Shown piece by piece: positions 23,961-34,051 of a stretch of DNA of 64,000 nucleotides. Under the pieces are notes generated by a model. The model saw only the letters and a list, made by a program, of their open reading frames with translations, made no database searches and was not told the DNA's origin. The translations under genes and the position numbers were made by a program. Every line of letters starts with the position of its first letter. Position 1 is the stretch's first letter. This DNA is from Podarcis pityusensis (Eukaryota): the NCBI GenBank assembly GCA_964106645.2, contig OZ067042.1; one strand, given 5' to 3'.

Positions 23961-26900
23961 ATAATAATCTCAATAATTACCTCCATCCATATGAGATGTC
24001 CAGGCTCTGAGGTCAAGTGTAGAGGTCCTGTTCTGTCCCCTCACCTCCCATTCGCTAACATAAAGGGGGCAGCTGGGTTTTTTATGTGTCCTGGAAAAAG
24101 AAGCTTGCCTGTCTCCTTAGTGAGCAACGAAGGCTTTTCTTTCCCAGCAGGCTTTTAGGAATGTGGTTTTCTGAATTTGCTTTTCACCTGCCATGGATCT
24201 TAGAAATGTATGCTTTTTTATCAGGCGGATACATTGCTAATGTTTTATTGTCTTAGATGTATTTCTTTGCCTAATTATTTAGAAAGGCAAGATACACCTT
24301 TTGGAAATGAAAGATAAATAGAACAACCTCCTAAAAAGGATGGGATACTGGCAAAAAATATCAGAAGAGGGAGACAAATTTGATACCTTATCTGAGTAGC
24401 AAGCAACACTTTATACAAATATAAATATATGAACCTCACTAGGGAGTCATTACAGTCAGATATGATTTTGGAGTGCCCGTTAGAGAAACAAGGAATGTTA
24501 CTTACTTTCCTTTCGATGTCATAATGTACAATGTTATTACTGTTTATCACATTGCTGTCACAGAATTACTAATAAGATCTATTCCTACCCGCTTTTCAAG
24601 GCTAGGCTCTAAGTTTTAGTGGAACACACACACTTTCTTAAGGCAAGGAAAGGTGATCATTATCAATTCCTCCCGCCTCAAACTCTAGATCTTAAAGGTG
24701 TGCAAGTCCAGCAATTTATTATCTAAAAGGCACACAAGACAAGTGAGTGTATGCACAGAAATTGTGTGGGAGCACCACACATGCTACTTTGAATTCCCTC
24801 ATGGAAGAAAGGCAGGATATAAATGCATAAGCAGCTCACTTCTGACAATGTTCATGCTGCTACATACCTCTGTTGAAGTGTAAAGTCCCAGTAACTAGTA
24901 ATTTGGTTATTGCCTACTGAGGGTTAATTGACACACATTTCCATCCATGTTTATTTGAATACAGTTTGGCTTTATTTTGAGGAACAGTTATAACAGTTCT
25001 TTTTATAAGAAGCCAGAATTTATTCGATTTTTAAATGTCAAGCACCAACATTGGAAATTTACAATATGCCATGAATAAATGCATGAGGAATCTTATTGAC
25101 AAAACAGCCTCAGAACTCTTTTTCTTATAGCGCTCCCAGGATACAGTGTATAGAAAGCATTGGGTATTTGTCAGGGCTGATTTGCATGGTCAAAAATTGG
25201 GCTCTCCCCAGCACCAATGTTTCTCATTGTACGCTCGCCAGCCATCTGGGTTTGTAATGAATTCTTAGAGGCGCATCCTGATCCAGTTATGAAGGCCTGT
25301 GTATGTAAGCAGAGGCTTCTTTTTACATACTACCTGCTGGATCAGGAACAATGGAGATTAACTGGATTCACATCTGCATTCTACATTTGTGGACAACTAA
25401 TGCCAGAACTAGTGGCACAACTAGAATTGGTTTGGGGATGAATGACACACATTCTATCAAGGCAAAGAGCTTGATTATAAAATAAATAAATATGAAAATA
25501 AATAAATATGAATTGGCCCTCAGTATTTTATTTCTGGCTATGGCAAAACAAAAGTTCTGTTTGTTTCTTTATTAACACTGCAGACTGCTGCAGCATACAA
25601 CATTTATTTATATTTAAAATGTATACACTGCCTTTCCAAATATGTTGCTCAAAGCAGTAAGCAAAGAAGAATGGAAATTGTAGCAGAAGCTGGAGCTAAG
25701 AAAACCAAGCTGAGGCCTTTCATTTTTATTTTTTTTCATCTTGAAAGCAAACTCCCCCCACCCCGCGCAACTACTCTCTAAAGTTATACCATGTTCATAT
25801 CGGAAATTAGGCTTTTAGCCAGACAAGTAAAACAGATTTTTGGTTGGGTTTATTTTTCCCAACTTTACATTAAACTAAGAAAACAATACATTTAAGAAAT
25901 GCTACATGCTCTTGTGTTGTTTGGTTTGCCTTAACCAAGGCAATGATGAATAAAGTCTATGCAAAAACCATTCTGAGAACTAACTAGCTGTCAGGCTTGC
26001 ATCTCTGAGTGTATCCCAGGCTTGCTTCCATGTGCCAAAAATCACAAAGTATTTTCAAAATGAGCTTTCTTTAAAAAAGAAGGTGTCTAGCACAACAACA
26101 GAGTGACTCATGTAACTAGTAGGAATGGAGAACACTGCACAAAACACGACACACACATAACTTAGAAATAATGGCTCTTGATAATGGATTCAGTTCTTTT
26201 AGGGTGGAATTAGCATTAAACTCCAAGGAGAAGAGAGCAGTTTCATTATCAAATATTGGACCACGTGAGATGAATACACCTGAAAGTTCTTGCTTTGCAA
26301 CTTCAATGCCAGTAAGGGGTTTGTTGCGTTTCTGGAGGGCTGGATTTCTACTCAAGGCTTGGAAAGCAAGCCACACTTGTTAATTTTTGTGACTTGTTAA
26401 TGTCACAGGATTTATTTGAACTTCAGTGTTTCTTGAAGAATCAATTGCCTTTGACACTACCAGCCTGACTGCTTTTCCCTTGCCTCCCCTCACTCCCATT
26501 TTCAATCCATCAGTGTCTGAATTTCCAGATGGAACAAGACTGGTAAATAAAAATGTATCATTTCCAAGTTGATTATCAAGTTGGCTTTTCTCCATTTTAA
26601 GAGGCCCGGATCAGCTCTCCCACAACACCTCGATATTTCAGCTAGAAACAGAAGGGACAAAGGCAGTTTCTTGTCCAAAGATCCCACCAACATATTTTTT
26701 TTTACATGTTTCTCTACACATAAGCACTCTAAAGTCATTAAGAAAATGGGATAAAAGCCAGTGAAGACATACATTCCACAGGGCGGTCGCTGAACATAAA
26801 CATAGATTCCTGATGTACTCTAATGATCCACCATTAATCAATTACAGCTAATTGGGCATTACTCACAACCCAGTGCACATATTCTTGAAGCCCCGATGGT

Positions 26901-27099
26901 CTCAATTAGAGAGCAATATTTGCTCTAATGGATTGGGCTTTTCTCACAGCAGCTGCAGACATGTAGCCGTTTTCTTGTATAATAGTTCATCAAATAAGTG
27001 CCACTTAACAAGCCAATGGAGTGCATAGATAGAGTCTGCTGAGCACTTCCAAGTCCATTCAGCTAAGAGGCGGAGTGTGTCTGTATGCAGCATCATTGT

Positions 27100-27760
27100 G
27101 ATTATAGCCAGAGGTGGCCGGCAGCGACTCAGTTAACCAAGCTGGCCGCATTACTTCTTCCCTTTCCAAGATGTGATGCTGCTCTGGCTGGCAAGGCACA
27201 GGCAACGGGAACAGGGAGAGCCAGGGATACAGTGCGCCGATGAATAATCACAGGAGACATGCTCAGACACATGGCTACGACAGAAGACAAGGCGAACCTG
27301 AATCAGACAATGACGAGCTGACCTGCTGGTCTGAGGCCAGTCCTGGAAGCCCCCAGCCACTCTTTGCCACGCAACAACAATCCTGCTTCTCAGTAAACTG
27401 CCAGGAGAAACATGAGCACAACATTAATGATGATGAGAAAGAGCAGAATGACAAAGACCACCACGCGCTGCGTTTCCGGGTTCATGTTGCACCGGAGGAA
27501 TGTGTGAAGCGCACTCCATTTGTGCCTGCTCTGGTTCGACCCCTTCGCCATGTCTGGGATTGGCCTCAGCCCCTCGACAAACAGCGTCTTAGCAGGTTAG
27601 CAGCAGCGCTGTTTCCGGAAGAAAGCGTGAGGGGAGGCAGGGGAGGGGTCTACAAACAATAGAGGCATTTCTGCAGCTGTCAGGAGGCAAAACCTGATCA
27701 ATTCGGTACAGCCATTATTATGATCGGCTTCCGAGCATAATACGCGCACATGCAAGTACA
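27100..27760 (-). promoter_or_regulatory. CpG-enriched putative internal promoter / first-exon region around the SMIM39-like ORF
   Basis: CpG density is visibly higher than in the flanks and no repeat is recognisable. Upstream of the ATG lie a palindromic ETS-like TTCCGGAA (~27613-27620) and a G-rich box GGGGAGGCAGGGGAGGGG (~27631-27648). Confidence 0.5.
27390..27551 (-). CDS. SMIM39: Small integral membrane protein, SMIM39-like, 53 aa: MAKGSNQSRHKWSALHTFLRCNMNPETQRVVVFVILLFLIIINVVLMFLLAVY
   Basis: Hand translation: ATG in strong Kozak context (gacATGG) to TGA, with a 24-residue hydrophobic C-terminal helix. The LRCN...QRVVV...INVVL.FLLA pattern and the position in this ARHGEF4 intron match my recollection of human SMIM39. 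Confidence 0.8.
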   Translation of the reverse strand: MAKGSNQSRHKWSALHTFLRCNMNPETQRVVVFVILLFLIIINVVLMFLLAVY

Positions 27761-30141
27761 TCCTCTTCCCCCAAGCAATCCTCCTTATCTGGTTTTTGTT
27801 TTTTGTTTTATCTCAGCAAAGCACCAGCTTCCCACTTCATCTTCAGCAAAGTAACTGCCTCCATAAGCATTAGCTGAGTGAAGCTCCTATAGGAAGAGGG
27901 CTGCGTGTGCTGGAGCCCAGAGATCTCAGCAGCGATACTGGCTTTCTAAAGAGCTAGTCAGCTATTTGCTAAGCGCTGTAGCTAGGATACATGCAAGCCC
28001 TAGCAACGGGGGAGAGCGGGGAGGGCAGCAAGGAAAATGTGGGTCTTTCAAGGAGGGTTACAGAAGTGGAGGCAAAAAAAACCAAAGGCAGCTGTGTTGG
28101 TCCATAAGCGGGGGAGAGGAACCCTCCAAAATGCAGAGCTCTGAAGTATCTTTATTAAGATCAGCCAAAATGTTGCCAAATAGGGTGCAAGGCTTTGAGT
28201 TCTCCAGAATTCTTTATCAATCTAGGCACTGCCCAAGCAGGGGTTGGGGAAGAGGAGGGGGAGGCATGGGTACAAAAATCTGGTTAGCTGTTGAAGCCTG
28301 AAGGTTTGCATTCAGACTCAGTCTGCAGATGGAGACGTTAACTGAATTAGTCTCTACAAGATATCAGATGATATTTAGGATTGAAAGATGAAGAGGCAAT
28401 AGCCCAGTTTTGAAAACAATTTTGATGCTGTTAATCAAATGTGGCATTCATTTAAAAAATTCAGCTATGAGCTGAGTAGGCAAAAATAAATTAACAAAAT
28501 TAATAAGATTAATGCAGGTGCTTCTTCAGATATTGCATAACGGCAATAGCAGTAGACAGAAAAGGAAATACAAATTGCAAGTGTAGATAACCTAATTCTT
28601 CAGCAATGGAAACAAGGAAAAACCTGGCCAGCCTTGGGTAGTGAAAAAGCAAAGGCAGGCACTTGGATCCAGAAAAAAAGCCTCCATGATTGTTACAAAA
28701 TAAGAAGCAAGCTTTCCCGGGGTCCAGAACTCTTAATGAGGCTGGAAGCTATACAAAGGAGAGTTGCAGGGGAAGGGAAGAACAAAAAAGAGAGAGCAGA
28801 AATAGGCTGGTATGTAGCCAAAAGACCTTCATTTAGACCCAATTTCAAGATGGAATTTGCATATTGTCTCTTTAAATAGATACATCAGTTTCAGCAAACT
28901 ATTCTAAAACTGATTTTCAATCATCATGTAAAATATATAAGAACATCTATGTTCTGTATACTCTGAATGAGAAGATTCCTATGATCGGAAATAGGAATTG
29001 ACCTCATTCAGATCTATTATTAGTATTATTTATTTAATTTATATACTGCCCTTCATCCAAAGTTCTCAAGTGCTTTCAACATTTTTGAAATCTAGAGATT
29101 CACTATGATTTTTAGCAAATAATTCACACAGCTACTCAGAAAAATGTGGGAGGACAGATGCACTCTTCCCCCAAACACACCACACTAATAGCAGCCAGGT
29201 CATCTGAATCATATATCACAAGCATGTATGGCAGGAAGCAAAACCACAGTTTGTGCATGATTCAATTATGCAGATAACCCATTGTCTTAAGTTATGTTGT
29301 ACACTAACTTGGTAACTTCTGATTTAATGGCAGTGTATATGCTTTAAATACAGTAAATAAAAAGAATAATACTGTAATACAGAAACAGGTGGGGGAGGCA
29401 GGTGGACACCCAACACACAATGGTTCCGTAATCTACACTGAGATGTTTTTCAAATGTTAGTACTTGAGAGACCAGTTCTGTTTCTGAACTATGTGTCTGG
29501 CCTGATTGCCCTCTTCTCTCCCTTGCTAACATAATTTACTTTTTGCCCATAAATCTTTGAAAGTCCTCACCAAAGTTATCTATATTTGTGAATTGACACA
29601 AAAGAGTGGATTTGGAAGACATAGAGTCAACACAAGCATCCTGTTTGACTTGAGTTCCTGGTCAGATTGTGGGAGAGAATGCATATTCCACATTTTATTT
29701 TTAAGACTGTGTACGAAAGACTCCAAGCCACTCAGGAGACAGGCGCTGGACCATGGTCTGATTGAGGGAGATTTCCATTTGGAATTAAACAAACAAACAG
29801 ACTACCATATCTGATTTTGGGACTTAGCACAAACATGTAGGCAGGCAGGCTTAGTATGCAAACTCCCACCACTGCCCCAGCTCAGATTGTTATCTCCCTT
29901 GTGTCTAGGAAAGGCTAAATGTTATGAAAGCCAAAGTATTACCAGTTTTTCACAGAGAGATCAACATTTCAACAAAAGACTCATGCAACCATCTTAAGCT
30001 GGCAACAGTACAAGCTCAGGATGTGAAGTTTGACTTTTTGCACTGTGAAGTCATATTTGTTGAAAACTTTACAGTAGTATGGCAAACACAGAATCAACGG
30101 CACTGCCACTTTATCAGGAAAGAAAAAAGTCAACCCGTACC

Positions 30142-30402
30142 CACTGGCAGAGGGCGGGGAGGAGTGCACCGCCTCCGGCACCATCGGGGAGGGGGGTACC
30201 ATCGCGGCCACCCCCCGGACACATGCCACGCACCCCCACTGTGCAGGGCGCCATGCCCCCTCAGGTGGTGCACCACACCCTTCAGGAGCATGTCACGCCC
30301 CCGTGGGTGGAATGCCACACCCCTGGGATGCACGCCACACCCCACAGCCATGCCCCCGCCTGCTCTCTGCCCCCGGTGCCAGAGCATGCAGCTTCACCAC
30401 TG
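30142..30402. mobile_element. GC-rich hAT-like MITE with internal catgccac..cccc subrepeats
   Basis: Termini cactggc.../...caccactg with a degenerate 8-bp flanking repeat. Confidence 0.55.
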
Positions 30403-30679
30403 ACCATGCCAGTTCAACCAACATTCCTGTAAGTTCATTAAGCTGTAGCCTTTTCCCGTTATTGTTCTGCACAAAAAGAAAGCATCTATTCAGAATGCAG
30501 CTTTGCAGCAGCAGCTGCAGGTTCTTCCCCAAAACGATGTGTCTTTAATTCAACATCTAATTGAAAGAAACATGTCAAAATGCCACCTTTCTGCATGCAT
30601 TCTTTGTACATGGAACCGCGTCTGAAAGGAGCTTGTATAACACCTGTAGCCTTGTGAAACATTGCCCATAAGCCGGAAT

Positions 30680-31230
30680 ACAGTAGTAGAGTTTTCAGCA
30701 GGCATTTAAAGTATGAAACAGATGGTGCCTGCTGCATTGTTATTGGCAGAGTATTCCACAGGACTGGGCTCATGATACTAAAGGCTCCATTTCTTGTTGA
30801 TGTCAGATGAGCCTCGCCAGCTCAGCAGAGAACAAACAACACTCTTGTAGAAAATCACAGTGATAAAGCTGGGATATAGGGGTTCAGGCTATTCCTAAAA
30901 TAACCTGCACCAAAGTTGTTCGCGGTGCTGTAAATTAACACAATAACTAGAAACTGGCTCTGAGGTAGCTGAGCACCCTTTGCAAATGACTAGATAAGGA
31001 GTTTTTAACAGTAGTGTCACATGTTGTCAGCCACGTGTCCCATCAGCAGCCTGGCTGCCGAATTCTACACCAGCTGGAGATTCCAAACCAGGCCCAAGGG
31101 CAGACTCACATAAAGCGCATTGCAGCAATCCAGACTTGAGGTTACCAAAGCAGCGCTCAGGACATTCCTGTCCCAGAACAGTCAAATATAGCACATCAGA
31201 CAAAGCTGGTAAAAGGCTGGTGACAGCCAT
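30680..31230 (-). mobile_element. L2-like LINE ORF2 3' fragment
   Basis: Minus-strand remnants LVTSSLDYCNALYVSLP and PVLWNTLP...FKCLLKT. Confidence 0.7.
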
Positions 31231-33663
31231 TTCACACGTGCACGTCATCAAGATTATATTTTGTGCTAATTTTATGTTTGCATTGGGTTTTTTTTTTTGT
31301 GAACTGAGTGTACTCCATGTTTAGCTCTCTTCTTTTTGTTGAAAATTGAATTAGAATACTTTCAATACATACACAAATGTTCAACATGCTCATGTGAATG
31401 CACACTTTTATTTGCAGGTATTTTAATTCCAGGAGGAAGTCCTCTGGAATTTGTCTCATTACATATGTAGGAAATGTATGTATATGTATATAGAGTGAAT
31501 GTGGTACAGCAATTAAAGCATCAGACGTTAACCAAGGAGAATGAGATTCAACTCCTTATTCAGCCATTAAGTTCACCAGGTGACCCTGGGTCAATCTCTC
31601 TCTCAGTATAAACTTCCTTACAAGGTTGTTGTGACAATAAAATGGAGTGGGGTGAATAACCTTATGTACCACACTGAGTTGCTTGGATGAAGGGTATGAC
31701 GGAAATTTGAATAATGGTGAAAACTATGGGCCACATTCCACGCAGCTCCATGAGCAGAAAACTTCCAAACACACAATGGAGTTTTCTCTCCCTCTCCTAT
31801 ATGTTCCAGGCATCCCCACCCCAAATAAAAACAGCTTCAGAGGTTTGGGGGATGTTCCAGAGCAGATTTGGGGAGCATGTGGGGGAGAGATGGAAAGAGA
31901 AGTGCTGCTGCACCAGAAGAACTATGCATGTGAAGCACTGGGCACAATTTTCCTGTTGTCCCTAGCTGATTTTGATGCTGGTTTTATAGATTTCATATTT
32001 CTTATGTAACCTGTTTTGGACAATGAACTGATATCAAAAATCAAATGCAACAGCTACCCACCACCAAAAGTCTGACAGAACAATGGTGACAGGCCCTTGC
32101 TGGGGACAACACTCCATAATGACTGGAGCAAATGCCTTGTCTCTCATGATCACCTGCCAAATTTGTGTTAGCGGGGCTGTTGTAGCCTTGGGGGGGGGGT
32201 AGTCATTACCAGCTGATTATTTATAGGAGATGCATTGCTATTTATATTATAGTAATTTTTTCTAAATTTGCATCCATATGTACAAATGAGAATATGCAAA
32301 TTGGCACCGTGTTGTATCCTCATTTTCAGTGATGGCTTTCCTTTTTTTGTGGTGATGGGAAGTGGTCATTCTCTTTGTCTCTAGTGGGCTTCAGCAGAAA
32401 GCTGGGTGGGTAAGGAGGTGAAAGAAAAAGGGGAGATTTAGGGAAGACTGAAACGGGAAAAGAAACAGAAATAAACAAAAGTTTAATTAAAAAATAGATT
32501 GTTTGCATCCAGGCCTTGCCAGCTGTGTCCTTTTCAGGAACAAGATACAAAAAGGACCTCACATGATGAACAGGGCACACAGGAAGAAACACATGGAACT
32601 TTAAGGCAATCTTGTCCCATAAAGTTTATAAGTACCAGCACCTTAAACTGGCCCTGAATAGAATAGTCACTGCAAATGTTACTGAGATTATGTGCTCTAT
32701 CTCACCAGCACCTGGCTGCTACATTTTGGACTACAGTATTCTAAACACTTTGCAGTGTCAGGCTTACATAGAGAACATTTCAATATGAGCTGGAAATTCT
32801 CAAGGAATGAATTACCGTGCCCAGGTCAGTCTTATCCAGAAAAAATACAAGATTCATAAAGACATGTGTCTATGTTAAAGATCAAGGACGAGTAAGATTA
32901 TCCACAGTGAAATCTTTAACAATACTGAATAACTTGAGCAGGCATCTGAGCAAAAGGGGCCTTACCACAGACTTTACCAACGTGGTACCATCCAGATATT
33001 TTGGACTACTGTGTGCTGCTTTCCATGCATAATCAACTGTGTGCTGCTTTCATGAACTGAATTGTGCCCTAAATCACCACACACTTTTGTGCCAGATTAT
33101 TTGCCATCTTTATTGCAGCCTTGCTCTATAGCGTGTGAGCCTGTAAAGATCTGTGCAATCTATTAGCTGGGATAAGCAAAACAGCCTGCTCTCCAGTGAA
33201 TGCAGTTCAGTGTTATACGGGGTTATGCCAAGTGGCTTTATCTGGGTATGAAAAATTAATAACACTAATAAATCTGCTTGCACAGATCAAGGAGAGAGAG
33301 AAAAGATGAAAAGCCTAACGGTAACATTAGAATTTACTTCACTGTGAAAGCAAAGTGTGGGAGTTGGTTTGGCAGTGCCACAAAACAAACACACAATAGC
33401 CTCCTCTTTTACCCTCGCAATCCAGGATAAACCAAGATAACTAAACATAACAGACATACAATGCTTGGCCATCACATACATATTCATTTTTTGTGTTCTT
33501 CTATGATCTCTGGTCTAATCAGGCATGCAGGTTTTCATAGTATTTCACCCTGTACTAGGGTAGCTATGTGAAAAATAGGACAAGGCTTCTGCATCTTACA
33601 TAGTTGTGAATATAAAAAAAATCCTTCCAGTAGCACCTTTAAGACCAACTAAGTTAGTTCTTG

Positions 33664-33701
33664 GTATGAGCTTTCGTGTGCAAGCACACTTCTTCAGATA
33701 C
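33664..33701 (-). ncRNA. Mirror-copy minimal hammerhead ribozyme motif, in ARHGEF4 sense orientation
   Basis: The same sequence on the minus strand, because the palindrome is perfect. Confidence 0.6.
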
Positions 33702-33704
33702 AGT

Positions 33705-33742
33705 GTATCTGAAGAAGTGTGCTTGCACACGAAAGCTCATAC
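33705..33742 (+). ncRNA. Minimal type I hammerhead ribozyme motif (Penelope-associated)
   Basis: GUAU-CUGAAGA-A-GUGUG(CUUG)CACAC-GAAAGCUC-AUAC: CUGANGA and GAAA cores, stem II hairpin, palindromic AGCU stem III, UC cleavage site, and stem I GUAU/AUAC. Confidence 0.65.
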
Positions 33743-33892
33743 CAAGAACTAACTTAGTTGGTCTTAAAGGTGCTACTGGAAGGATTTTTTTTATTTTGAC
33801 TATGGCAGACCAACATGGCTACCTATCTATAGTTGTGAATGAAAGTCTCTCTACTACATAAAAGTGCCGAAACACTTTCCTCTTCTGCATCT

Positions 33893-34051
33893 AAATAAAA
33901 AGATTGTCCAGTAGCACCTTAGAGACCAACTAAGTTTGTTCTGGGTATAAGCTTTTGTGTGCATGCACAAGTTGGTCTCTAAGGTGCTACTGGACAATCT
34001 TTTTATTTATTTTGACTACGTCAGACCAACACGGCTACCTACCTGAATGTA
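33893..34051. mobile_element. Second Penelope-like remnant with shorter inverted arms
   Basis: Same family as 33612-33828. Arms aaataaaaagattgtccagtagcaccttagagaccaact / its reverse complement; 10-bp direct repeat TTCTGCATCT (33883-33892 and 34052-34061). Confidence 0.75.

Larger units (their letters stand above)
33612..33828. mobile_element. Penelope-like element remnant with an inverted pseudo-LTR forming a perfect palindrome
   Basis: Perfect 91-bp arms centred on 33703 (33612-33794) plus a short tail. Flanked by the 12-bp direct repeat ATAGTTGTGAAT (33600-33611 and 33829-33840). Resembles reptile Penelope pLTR ends (gtagcacctt...gaccaac). Confidence 0.75.

Noticed and set aside
27151-27360. 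69-aa Cys-rich minus ORF downstream of the microprotein, considered as a read-through extension
   Set aside because: It starts at GTG and is out of frame with the microprotein. True in-frame read-through hits another TGA after about 28 codons.
27240-27662. 140-aa plus-strand ORF (MNNHRRHAQ...)
   Set aside because: It is the antisense shadow of the SMIM39-like ORF: hydrophobic codons read as N/D/E/K on the other strand. No recognisable domain.
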